This document shows, in pieces, positions 38,247-47,589 of a stretch of 64,000 nt of DNA (the stretch's first letter is position 1; each line of letters starts with the position of its first letter). A program made the position numbers and the translations under genes. The DNA lies in NCBI GenBank assembly GCA_963665285.1, contig OY762266.1:1032059-1096058 (forward strand). Direction: 5' to 3'. The notes below the pieces were generated by a model. That model saw only the letters and a program-made list of their open reading frames with translations. It ran no database searches and was not told the origin of the DNA. This DNA is from Candidatus Poribacteria bacterium. Its GTDB lineage: Bacteria > Poribacteria > WGA-4E > PCPOR2b.

Positions 38247-38753
38247 ATGTTTCAACAAGCAATCCCCCGTTCGTTTTTGTGGTTAGTTAGCATTTGGGCA
38301 GTTCTTACTATCGGAATCATCGGCTGCGGTGGTGATGACGATGATAATGAATGGGTCGGCACATGGGCAATAGAAACCGTTGATGGCGAAAGTCTTGAAC
38401 AAGATTTTGCAGAAGATTTTGGAGACGCCGAAATAGACTTCGACATTACTGCCAACGAATGGACATTTGATAGTGATGGAACAATGGAAGCGGAATTCGG
38501 CATGAATTTTGAAGTGAGCGAGCAGGGGTTTGAATTTTCAGGTGAAGGTTCAATGAAAATAACGGGGACTTACTCCCTATCGGGCTCCAACTATACACTT
38601 ACACCTACAAACGTAGAAGGAACCGGCTTATTTGAAGAAGAAGTAGAACCGGTCGGTCCTACAGACGAAGATACCGGCACATGGTCTAGAAGCGGGAATA
38701 CCCTCACACTCAACAGCGATGATGGTAGCACCATCGTCTTCAAAAAGAAATAA
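38247..38753 (+). CDS. Small lipoprotein (lipocalin-like), paralog A
   Basis: MFQQAIPRSFLWLV...IGIIGCGGDDDD lipobox; 51% identity-like similarity to 40220-40711. Confidence 0.65.
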   Translation: MFQQAIPRSFLWLVSIWAVLTIGIIGCGGDDDDNEWVGTWAIETVDGESLEQDFAEDFGDAEIDFDITANEWTFDSDGTMEAEFGMNFEVSEQGFEFSGEGSMKITGTYSLSGSNYTLTPTNVEGTGLFEEEVEPVGPTDEDTGTWSRSGNTLTLNSDDGSTIVFKKK

Positions 38754-38834
38754 ATCCCACTAGGGTTGACAACTCTTGAGGGTAGGCGCGCTGCTTACCC
38801 TCAAGAAAAGGCTCTTCTCCGAGAAATTAAGCAG

Positions 38835-38867
38835 CCTGTAGGTCGAGATTCATATCTCGACGCCCAA
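38835..38867. repeat. Copy 1 (partial) of the structured repeat CCTGTAGGTCGAGATTCAYATCTCGACRCCCAA
   Basis: Shared 33-nt block with 55233-55293; contains the hairpin GTCGAGAT-tcat-ATCTCGAC. Confidence 0.4.
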
Positions 38868-38921
38868 ATGTCAACAGAACCTATATCGGAAAGGAATTGC
38901 TGAAAAAGGATAAAAGAAACC

Positions 38922-39869
38922 ATGAACAGAATTTGGACCTATGTGCTCGGCTTTACTTTGCTCATTTTACCCGTCGTCCTCGCTGTGGCACAAGCTGATA
39001 CTCCCGCTGTCTGTCTGATTGGCGACCATCCGGGCATCCCCGATTCCGACGCACAGACCGCGGCACTGTTGGTCTGCGATGAATTGCGAAAGCAGGGCAT
39101 ATCCGTCACTGATCCCGTTTACGAGGCACGGGCTTCAGCACATGGGTATCGCATTGTTTTGCGCCGGCTGGGCGAGAAGATCATTGTGCGCCTGAGTCAC
39201 GAAAAACCCATCGGCACGATTATCACCGACCAGCAGCTAACTTTGGCAAATATCGAAGAGATGATCCCAGCAGCACCAAGACTGGTTGACGCACTTGTTC
39301 ACGGCAAGCCCATTGATGATACAGTGGATATGGAAACCGTCACCGAACAAGAGGCTCGCGAACTCCGGAAAATATCCGGTGAGTCTCTTTGGCATCTAGA
39401 AATCTTCGGAACCTTTGTCCCCAGCACAGACATTGCAGCCGCTCCTGGCTATGGATTGGGTTGGTCTTACCAAACACCCTCCTATGCTGTGGGGGCCGAC
39501 CTTCGACTTGCTATTAATAGTTATGAGGACACCTATGAGGACAGCAGCGACGGTTTCGGTTTCTTTTCCTGGGCTATAGGCGGAAGTTACTTTCTCAATA
39601 AACAGAATATTTCGCCCTATGTGGGCGGTGGGCTCGCCATAATCGCTGTCGGCTATCGAGAAGCTCACTACGATTCAGGAGAAGTGGATCTCGGCTTGGG
39701 TGCCTATGGCGTTGCTGGCGTAGAGGCACTGCGCCTCACCCAGAGTCGCTTGAATCTTGAACTGCGAATAGATAGACCGTTCTTTACGCTGCCAAATCAA
39801 GACATCATGCCGATAACAATTGGCATCTCCTTTTCTCGGAATTATAACCCCGGCGGTTGCTTGTTCTAA
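38922..39869 (+). CDS. Hypothetical secreted protein, possibly outer-membrane associated
   Basis: Signal peptide; Gly/aromatic-rich C-terminal half ending in F. Confidence 0.5.
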   Translation: MNRIWTYVLGFTLLILPVVLAVAQADTPAVCLIGDHPGIPDSDAQTAALLVCDELRKQGISVTDPVYEARASAHGYRIVLRRLGEKIIVRLSHEKPIGTIITDQQLTLANIEEMIPAAPRLVDALVHGKPIDDTVDMETVTEQEARELRKISGESLWHLEIFGTFVPSTDIAAAPGYGLGWSYQTPSYAVGADLRLAINSYEDTYEDSSDGFGFFSWAIGGSYFLNKQNISPYVGGGLAIIAVGYREAHYDSGEVDLGLGAYGVAGVEALRLTQSRLNLELRIDRPFFTLPNQDIMPITIGISFSRNYNPGGCLF

Positions 39870-40068
39870 TTTTAGAGCCAATTGGAATCGTTGAATTTAT
39901 AGAAACCCCGAAGCGATCGTAGTTGATGATATCATCTCTTTTTTGATTTATTCATAGAGTCATTCGGTATAAACTGTGAATAACGAAAGATCGCTAGAAA
40001 GGAGGGTAGGTGTCTGTTACCTATTTTCCTGGTGCGCCTTCCTCAAGAATCTAAAGTTTATTCTAACT

Positions 40069-40209
40069 TATGGTAGATTATAGAATTACTTAGACACTGC
40101 CGATGCAGATGTACAGATTAGGCAATCTGTACCCACAAACAACCCCCTAAATCCCCCTTGTCAGGGGGACTTTGGAAAATGTCCACTTATTTGTCTAATT
40201 CACCATAAA
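40069..40209 (+). repeat. MITE-like non-coding repeat, copy 3, inserted immediately upstream of the start of lipoprotein paralog B
   Basis: Interrupts the otherwise conserved 5' leader shared with paralog A (compare 38170-38246 with 40010-40068). Confidence 0.5.
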
Positions 40210-40219
40210 TGGAGAACAG

Positions 40220-40711
40220 ATGAACATCTTTCAACAAGTAATCCCCCGTTCGTTCCTGTGGTTAGTTACCCTTTGTGCAGTTCTCATTATCGGAATCATC
40301 GGTTGTGGTGGCGATGATAATGAGACTGACGATGATAACGAATGGGTCGGCACATGGAGTCTCGACACCTACGATGGTCAAACTTTGGAACAAGTTTTGG
40401 AACAAGAATTGGGAACAGAGGGAGTGACTGTTTCCATTGTTACCAACAGCTGGACATTTAATGATGATGGAACGTTGGAAGCGGAGATCAGTTTTCAGAT
40501 TGGAAATCAAGGAGGAAACTCTGCATTTGCCATAACTAGTTCAAGTAAAACAACGGGCACTTACTCCCTATCTGGTTCCAACTATACTCTCACACTGGAA
40601 GAAATTCCTATCGCTTCTCTTAAAGAAAGCACCGGTACATGGTCTAGAGCAGGGGATATCCTTACACTCAACAGCGATAATGCTGGTAGCATCACCTTCA
40701 AAAAGAAATAA
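40220..40711 (+). CDS. Small lipoprotein (lipocalin-like), paralog B
   Basis: MNIFQQVIPRSFLWLV...IGIIGCGGDD; conserved C-terminus GTWSRxGxxLTLNSDxxxSIxFKKK. Confidence 0.65.
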   Translation: MNIFQQVIPRSFLWLVTLCAVLIIGIIGCGGDDNETDDDNEWVGTWSLDTYDGQTLEQVLEQELGTEGVTVSIVTNSWTFNDDGTLEAEISFQIGNQGGNSAFAITSSSKTTGTYSLSGSNYTLTLEEIPIASLKESTGTWSRAGDILTLNSDNAGSITFKKK

Positions 40712-40858
40712 ATCCTAATTGGGTTGACACTTGCGGTAGACGCACCGCCTACTCTCCCAAAAAGGCTCTTTTCCGAGAAACCGAGTTTTTTAGAAAATCT
40801 TGGTTTCTGACAGACACGCAATCAACTGTACTACTACAAACCGCTGATTAAGGAAAAA

Positions 40859-42643
40859 ATGCAAACAGAAAAACCGATCGACAGCGTCACACTCACTATC
40901 ATCAACAACTACCTTGTCAACACCTGTCGTGAGATGGGATTGGCGATGATGAAAACCTCATACTCCTCCATCTTTAACGAAGGACTGGACTTCTCCTGCG
41001 TCATCTTCGATCGTGACGGCGAGATGGTGGCTTATGCAGAGTTTTGCCCCGCCCAGATCGGCGCGATCCTCTACACCATGCAGTGGACAATCGCCGAAAT
41101 CGGTCTGGAGAACTTCAAGCCCGGCGATGTGGTGATGCACAACGACCCCTATCGCGGCGGCTGCCACATGCCGGAGCATACAGTGATCCAAGCGGTCTAC
41201 CACAACGGTGAACTATACGGATTCATCGGCAACATCGCTCACGTCACTGAGATAGGCGGGAAAGCGGTCGGCGGCTTTGCAGCCGATGCCAAAGAGGTGT
41301 ACCAAGAAGGTCTCCGATTGCCGCCAGTCAAGATTATCCGAGAAGGCGAGCCCGTTGAGGACATCTGGAAAATTATCCTCGAAAACCACCGTACACCGCG
41401 TACCTCTTGGGGCGATTTCCACGCGATGCTCGGATCCCTCAACGTGGCAGAGCGGCGACTCCATCAACTGCTTGACCGCTACGGGTTCGATGAAATTCTC
41501 ACCGCAGGGAAGCAGCTCATGGACTACTCGGAGACACGGATGCGGGCAGAAATCCGAGACATCCCCAACGGCGAGTACCAATTCGATGACTGGATCGAAA
41601 ATGACGGTGTCGTTCCTGACAAGCGATATCGAATCAATTGCACAGTCATTGTGCGTGACGAGGACATCCTCTTTGATTACACCGACTCAAGTCCCCAAGC
41701 ACGCGGTCCATGCAACTGCACCTACGGCGTAACGGCATCTGCAACGTTCAATGCAATGCTCAATATCACCGACCAGACTATTCCCCGTAATTCAGGCTGC
41801 TACCGACCCATCCAACTGATTGTCCCACCGGGCACCGTCGTGAATGTGAAACACCCCGGACCTAGTGTCGGCGGCAACTCCGAGATCCACGAACGGATAG
41901 TCGATGTCCTGTTCGGCTGTCTATCATACGCTGTGCCCGAGCGCGTCGCCGCGGCGGCTGGTGCCAGTGCGTGCAACTTCCTTTTCGGAGGGATGCACCC
42001 AAGCACGGACCAATATTACGCGAACTACCACATCGATGGTTGTGGCTGGGGTGGCAAGGCGACCGGCGACGGCAATCACACACAGTGCCCTATCAACGGA
42101 AATTGTCGGAATACTCCCGTCGAGGTCTTTGAGACACGTTACCCTTGGTTGACAAAAACATACCGCATCGTCGAGGATTCGGGCGGGCACGGTCAGCATC
42201 GCGGTGGCTGCGGCAGCGAGAGGGTTATCGAAGCGCTCGCACCAGAAATCACCGTTTCGAGCTTTATGGACAGGCATGAGACGGGAGCGTGGGGGCTATT
42301 TGGTGGACAAGAAGGAGCAAGCGGCGCAGTGCGGATTCGGAAAAACGGGGACGACCGTTGGCGGACATTCTCGGAAGTCTACGGAACAGCCTCACCCAAC
42401 AAATTCGCCGACATCCAAATCCAAGCCGGCGATGAAGTTAGGATCGTCAGCCCGGGTGGTGGCGGGTACGGACCGCCTGAAAATCGGGAGCCGAGCGAGG
42501 TTCTGGACGATGTTCGCGAAGGCTTGGTATCCCCTAAAGAAGCACAGGAGGTGTACGCCGTGACGCTTGTTCGGGAGGCAGGAGACTGGCGTGTTGACGA
42601 AGGCGCGACAGCCGACCTCCGCCGCGAAAGGGGGATATCCTGA
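40859..42643 (+). CDS. Hydantoinase B / oxoprolinase (HyuB) family protein
   Basis: Full-length similarity pattern to Hydantoinase_B proteins (594 aa). Confidence 0.8.
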   Translation: MQTEKPIDSVTLTIINNYLVNTCREMGLAMMKTSYSSIFNEGLDFSCVIFDRDGEMVAYAEFCPAQIGAILYTMQWTIAEIGLENFKPGDVVMHNDPYRGGCHMPEHTVIQAVYHNGELYGFIGNIAHVTEIGGKAVGGFAADAKEVYQEGLRLPPVKIIREGEPVEDIWKIILENHRTPRTSWGDFHAMLGSLNVAERRLHQLLDRYGFDEILTAGKQLMDYSETRMRAEIRDIPNGEYQFDDWIENDGVVPDKRYRINCTVIVRDEDILFDYTDSSPQARGPCNCTYGVTASATFNAMLNITDQTIPRNSGCYRPIQLIVPPGTVVNVKHPGPSVGGNSEIHERIVDVLFGCLSYAVPERVAAAAGASACNFLFGGMHPSTDQYYANYHIDGCGWGGKATGDGNHTQCPINGNCRNTPVEVFETRYPWLTKTYRIVEDSGGHGQHRGGCGSERVIEALAPEITVSSFMDRHETGAWGLFGGQEGASGAVRIRKNGDDRWRTFSEVYGTASPNKFADIQIQAGDEVRIVSPGGGGYGPPENREPSEVLDDVREGLVSPKEAQEVYAVTLVREAGDWRVDEGATADLRRERGIS

Positions 42644-42855
42644 TGGCTCAGTGGGAACCGATTTCCGACGCACTATACGCCACACAGATCCACCACTGTG
42701 ATCTCTGCGGAAAGATGTTGGTCAGACGCCTATGGCGCGTAGAATACGATGGCAAATCCTTAAAGTTCTGCGATGAGCGATGCGAAGGTACATGGTTTGA
42801 CTACTGGCTGCCCCGCTACGGCGAGGCACACGGCTTCACCGGCAATAAAGATTGA
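42643..42855 (+). CDS. Small zinc-ribbon protein, translationally coupled (ATGA overlap) to the HyuB-family gene
   Basis: CDLCGK ... CDERCEG pair of CxxC-like motifs; 70 aa. Confidence 0.45.
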   Translation: MAQWEPISDALYATQIHHCDLCGKMLVRRLWRVEYDGKSLKFCDERCEGTWFDYWLPRYGEAHGFTGNKD

Positions 42856-42926
42856 GGTTTATGTAAAAAGGTCCAAACCACTATAAATTGGGCTAAACTC
42901 TCGCACAGACATAGTGATTGACGTAA

Positions 42927-43841
42927 TTACAACCGACTGCGCTTAAGAGTCAGTATTGTCACTTCTGGACGACAATTCAAACGTACGGATATAGGCAGCC
43001 CAAAGCTAACCATTCCCAACCCTCGGTTTGTATAAACTTGCATTTGCTTAACCTGATTTAGCCCCCAAGGATATTTTCTGCCGAGAGGAGGAAGAATGGG
43101 AGCACCCCAGAACGGGATTCGGACTTGTCCACCATGACTATGCCCAGATAGTTGGAGTGTTACTCTTTCATCAGAAGCGACCTGATCTGCGATGTCCGGC
43201 TCATGAGCGAGAAGAATTACTGTCTCATTAGCTGGCACATTCTCCAAAGCCTTTCTCAAATTATGTCTTTTCTCCAGAACATCATCTATCCCTGCAATCC
43301 AAATTCGGTTGCCATCTTTTTCAATGGGTTGGTTACGGTTTCGGAGAAGAGTAAGAGAATAATAATCAAACGCCTCGACAATCTCCTCCACATTTCCCCA
43401 GTACTCGTGATTACCTAGTACCAAAAAGCAACCAAGAGGGGCTTTTATCCGACTCAACACCTCTGCTATAGGGAAAGCCTGTGCGCTTTCCCGTGTGACA
43501 TAATCTCCAGTAACAACGACAAGGCTAGGCTGCAGCTCATTGATGATACTGACAGCTATTGCGACATCTTTTGGTGTGATGAAGTCATCTGCATGAAGAT
43601 CAGAAATCTGGGCGATTCTCATGTCCTCGAATGCGTCGGGCAGATTAGGTAACTTCACGGTGAGCCGTTCGACTTGGATCCACTTAGGTTCGATATGGCA
43701 TGTGTATCCCACTGCCCCTCCAATTGATGCAGTGCTACTAAGACCTGCAAATGCAGCACGTTCTAGAAAAGATCGACGGGAAATCAGTTTGTTTTTCAAA
43801 TTTCTGCTCCCAGTGTTTTCAGAGATAATCAGCATTCTCAA
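42927..43841 (-). CDS. Tat-secreted metallophosphoesterase (calcineurin-like phosphoesterase)
   Basis: Twin-arginine motif SRRSFLERAAFAG; GDxVxR, GNHE and GHSHGGQ motifs. Confidence 0.8.
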   Translation of the reverse strand: MRMLIISENTGSRNLKNKLISRRSFLERAAFAGLSSTASIGGAVGYTCHIEPKWIQVERLTVKLPNLPDAFEDMRIAQISDLHADDFITPKDVAIAVSIINELQPSLVVVTGDYVTRESAQAFPIAEVLSRIKAPLGCFLVLGNHEYWGNVEEIVEAFDYYSLTLLRNRNQPIEKDGNRIWIAGIDDVLEKRHNLRKALENVPANETVILLAHEPDIADQVASDERVTLQLSGHSHGGQVRIPFWGAPILPPLGRKYPWGLNQVKQMQVYTNRGLGMVSFGLPISVRLNCRPEVTILTLKRSRL

Positions 43842-43914
43842 GGGGTGAGTGTTACTTTAATTCTTCTCATAACCTTTGGCGCTAATCAGTGAGAAAGTCG
43901 TTTCCACATTGTTC

Positions 43915-43943
43915 AAGTCGCTTTGAATCCCGATTTATCGGGG
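43915..43943. repeat. REP-like palindromic element GCTTTGAATCCCGATTTATCGGGG, copy 2 of 3
   Basis: Same motif as 58538-58562 and inverted at 8484-8510. Confidence 0.4.
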
Positions 43944-44159
43944 AGTTCATTGATTCATTAGTTGGTTGGTTCATTCATTTTTCGGACGTTCCCCCTTCGG
44001 ATACACATGTCGCCCCGCTGGGGCTTTCGGGTATTTGTTTATCCGTGAGCTATAAACATGTCACCCCTCTGGGGCTAAATGAACCGCTGAATCAATGGTT
44101 TTCACGTTTCACGCATTACATTATCAACAGCTGCAAACTAGCACCATTGGTTATAAAGA

Positions 44160-45656
44160 TTACTGACGAATTTCAGACAGAATTCGCCTCGCCTTTGCTC
44201 TTGAGAGATTGTAGGATTGCCAAGGGCTTTCTGAATTCAGTTCCGCCTGTTTATCGCGAAGAAGTACTGTCTCTGCTTTTGCAGCCATATCTCCATAACT
44301 GTCGGCACTTAAACGCGTTAATTCCGGTATTGCATCGTAGGATAACTCCTGCAAATAATCAAAATCTATTTTACCGGTCCTGAAATATCTATCAATGTTT
44401 CTCTGTGCAATAATTGCATCAATATTGACATAGTTCAGGGTAGTATAGGCGAGCAGTGCCGCGACAGCAAACGCTTTGAGTAAAGGTAGTTCCCTCCGCC
44501 AAAGTTTGTAGAGGGTCAACATAAACAGAGTAAAAAGGAAGCCGATAAAGGTGTGGGCAAAGATTCTCGCATAAGTGTAACCATACGCATCCTCATACAA
44601 CTTCAATCTCAAGTGCGCGGAATAGAGCATAATTACGGTACAAAGTACGAGCAGACAGCGTAACGCAAGAACTAAGCGATCCAACTTGCCACCATTTTTT
44701 GTGAAGCGCAGACCTATCAGCAATATGCTTAGGTTAATAATGGTAACAACAATTAGCTCGGAAAACCCCCGTCTCGCGTATTCTGCGTAAGTGTAATCAG
44801 GGATAGAGCGGATTACTTCCTCACCACCAAAAAGGTAGGTAAACTGAATCGCACAGAACAGAATGTAGACGGCGTTCACCATCACCAGAACCGTAACAAC
44901 GATCGTAGCGTCCGAGCCCCCTGTACCCCTCTCTACCGGTACGGACACCCCCTCCACCTCTGCCTTTAGTACAACCGCCAGATAACCAAACAGCAACACT
45001 GTGATAATCCCAATAACTCCCACATGCTCGGCGAGAGGAATAGAACCAATAGATTCTAAGGGCTTGAGAATATCAGCGAGAAATTTCTGAAAGACCGTAT
45101 CTGCCGACGCAAGCAATGGAATCACAATAACCAAGAGAGGCACGGAGATTATCAAACCGATGAAAATGTTTTTGAGAGTCTTACGTCTCTCAGGTGCCAT
45201 TCTGTTTGCAACTGTCGCTAGTGAAATAAGTTCCAATAATACCTTTGGTACATTGGCAGAAATATGATCGGTCAATCTTCCTATAAAACGGCTGACGCAT
45301 CGCACGCTAGACCACTCATATCCATAGACAAGCAGTGTCGTCTGAACAAGCAGGAGCAGTGGAATCAGGACAGAATTGCGGGCGAGCAACACCGGGTTTG
45401 AATGGATAGCAAACGTAGCCGAGAGCAATAAAATAGGGATAAACAGAAACCAACCAAAGTCAATTTGGAACGAAACCCGTTTGTGTGAAGCAACCCAGAA
45501 TACGCAGTAGAAGACAGCCACAAACAACGGATATGAAACCCCGATTGCCTTTCCAAAAAACAGGTAGTCAAAAATAATCCCTGCTACGAGCGCGAGTATC
45601 GCAAATAATCGAATTTCTCGCGCTGTAATGTTTGTGTGCTCCATACTGCTCCTCAC
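44160..45656 (-). CDS. Polytopic integral membrane protein of unknown function (10 or more predicted TM helices)
   Basis: Long hydrophobic segments throughout; no catalytic motif recognised. Confidence 0.55.
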   Translation of the reverse strand: MRSSMEHTNITAREIRLFAILALVAGIIFDYLFFGKAIGVSYPLFVAVFYCVFWVASHKRVSFQIDFGWFLFIPILLLSATFAIHSNPVLLARNSVLIPLLLLVQTTLLVYGYEWSSVRCVSRFIGRLTDHISANVPKVLLELISLATVANRMAPERRKTLKNIFIGLIISVPLLVIVIPLLASADTVFQKFLADILKPLESIGSIPLAEHVGVIGIITVLLFGYLAVVLKAEVEGVSVPVERGTGGSDATIVVTVLVMVNAVYILFCAIQFTYLFGGEEVIRSIPDYTYAEYARRGFSELIVVTIINLSILLIGLRFTKNGGKLDRLVLALRCLLVLCTVIMLYSAHLRLKLYEDAYGYTYARIFAHTFIGFLFTLFMLTLYKLWRRELPLLKAFAVAALLAYTTLNYVNIDAIIAQRNIDRYFRTGKIDFDYLQELSYDAIPELTRLSADSYGDMAAKAETVLLRDKQAELNSESPWQSYNLSRAKARRILSEIRQ

Positions 45657-45676
45657 GTATTATTCCTTTCCTGTCC

Positions 45677-46660
45677 CTACCATGTCAACACGACCCCCAA
45701 CGACTTATCACGTTCATCGCGCAGCAACCGGTAGGCTTCACCCGCTTCCGTATAGGGTAGTCGGTGCGAGATTAAACGATCCACGTTGAGTTCGCGACGC
45801 TCAATCATCTTCAAGATCTGACGCCGGTTATATTGCTGCGTCCAAGGAAATGCAGGCGTCGCAACCGTCGGACACTTCGGCTGATGACATCCAACTAGGG
45901 TGAGTTCCTTCAGATGGAAATCCATAAAATCCACCTCCACCTTTCGGTGCCAGATTGATCCCAGCGCCATGATCCGCCCACCAATCCGCGCCATATCAAA
46001 CGCAATCGGCAGCAGCTCTGGATAGCCAGAAGCCTCAATGGTAACATCTAACCCGCGCCCTTCAGTGATGCTACCAACCTCGGAGCGGAGGTCACACTGC
46101 TTCGGATTCAGGGGGTGCGTCGCCCCCGAAGCCTTTGCCACCTCTAACCGCGGCTCACTCAGATCGATTGCGAAGAGCAACTCCGCACCTGTTTGCGCGG
46201 CAAGCTGCAACGCCAACTGACCGACGAGTCCCATCCCCGTAATGCAGGCGAACTCACCCAACTCAATCCGGGCTTTTCGGACACCGTGCATCGCAACACT
46301 TCCAAGCACACCGAAAGTGCCTTCATCGAAGGACACACTATCCGGCAGCTTCGCCAACGACTGTGGTGCAGCAGACACAGTTACATGACTAGCATGCCGT
46401 CCCAGCGACAACACACGGCCCCCGATTTCGTAGCCCTCCACCCCTGCACCAATTTCGAGGATTCGACCGGTGTTTGAGTAACCGGGGGTAAAATCGTCTG
46501 TCCGTCCCTGCTCCTGCGTACCGAGTTCCGTACCCGCGCTAATCAGCGTAGATACTGTCTCGACAAGCACCTCACCGCTTTCTGGCGAGCGAATCTCAGT
46601 CGTCTTCGTTCCAACGCTATTGTCTGGTCTAACAACAACCTGTGTACCTGTTCGTGTCAT
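45677..46660 (-). CDS. Zinc-dependent alcohol dehydrogenase family (MDR) oxidoreductase
   Basis: Rossmann GxGxxG (ITGMGLVG); GGAGG RBS 7 nt upstream of the ATG at 46660. Confidence 0.8.
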   Translation of the reverse strand: MTRTGTQVVVRPDNSVGTKTTEIRSPESGEVLVETVSTLISAGTELGTQEQGRTDDFTPGYSNTGRILEIGAGVEGYEIGGRVLSLGRHASHVTVSAAPQSLAKLPDSVSFDEGTFGVLGSVAMHGVRKARIELGEFACITGMGLVGQLALQLAAQTGAELLFAIDLSEPRLEVAKASGATHPLNPKQCDLRSEVGSITEGRGLDVTIEASGYPELLPIAFDMARIGGRIMALGSIWHRKVEVDFMDFHLKELTLVGCHQPKCPTVATPAFPWTQQYNRRQILKMIERRELNVDRLISHRLPYTEAGEAYRLLRDERDKSLGVVLTW

Positions 46661-46992
46661 TGTATTCCTCCATGCATATGTAACACGCAAATGTAATGCC
46701 ATCCAAGTTTAGAATCACCTAAGTTACTACCCTATCAAAATGAAAAATTCAACGGTTTTTCCTGTAGGGGTGAGGTCTCCCTGCGTATTGAGTGCTCCAC
46801 CTTTCGCTCCAGAGGAGCGATATGTCTATAGAATTGATGAATGGGTATTCTCTATAGTTTTTGTATCAGGATTAACAATTTTGCCGTTCTTAAAGAGGAA
46901 TTCGGAAAAAATACCCCTTGTCCCATCGGGGTAAAAAATTTGCATATCCCTTAACAATACAACACAATCTCTACGAGAAAAGAGGAAACATT

Positions 46993-47589
46993 ATGCTATA
47001 CCTGAACTCAGTAGAAAATGCCGCAGCCAGCAAAACGGATAAAAAATATGCAATCTGTTACGAAAAAATTCCCGCTATGCAGAATGTCACAGAATTAGCA
47101 CCATCAAAAGAGTTGCTTACACGGTGGGAAACCAAAGAAATTGGTTGGGAAGAATTTCGTAAAAACTTTATGGCTGAAATGAGAGCAGAATATCGCAAGG
47201 AGGAGAGCCGATTAAAAGCCCTAATACAATATAGCTTGGAAAACGACATCACCCTCCATTCACCGGAGCCAAGTGGAGAGCAGACCTATCGCGCCATTCT
47301 GGAAGAGTTGATTAACAATATCTGGCAAGGAGAAGGGCGGATAGATCGCGTAATCAACCTCGTAGGAGAGCATGTTGAGCCGTCCCACCTGACAACCGCA
47401 AATCAGGAGCAGATGAAACAGATTGCCACGAAATGCGAGTTTTTTTCACCAATGCAGCGAGGCAGTCAGTCCCGCACATGCCAACACTGTAACCATCTGG
47501 ATCAACAGGTGTACATGTGTCCACGGACCAACCGGGTCGTCATTCATTATGAGTGGACAACCCCGGTCTGGATCAGTGTTCAATCCTGA
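46993..47589 (+). CDS. DUF488 (YeaO-like) domain protein with a C-terminal Cys-rich extension
   Basis: ELAPSKELLTRWETKEIGWEEFRKNF resembles the DUF488 core. Confidence 0.45.
   Translation: MLYLNSVENAAASKTDKKYAICYEKIPAMQNVTELAPSKELLTRWETKEIGWEEFRKNFMAEMRAEYRKEESRLKALIQYSLENDITLHSPEPSGEQTYRAILEELINNIWQGEGRIDRVINLVGEHVEPSHLTTANQEQMKQIATKCEFFSPMQRGSQSRTCQHCNHLDQQVYMCPRTNRVVIHYEWTTPVWISVQS

Noticed and set aside
43889-44383. 164-aa plus-strand ORF
   Set aside because: It overlaps the 3' end of the well-supported minus-strand membrane protein gene and the repeat-containing intergenic region. No motif and no RBS.
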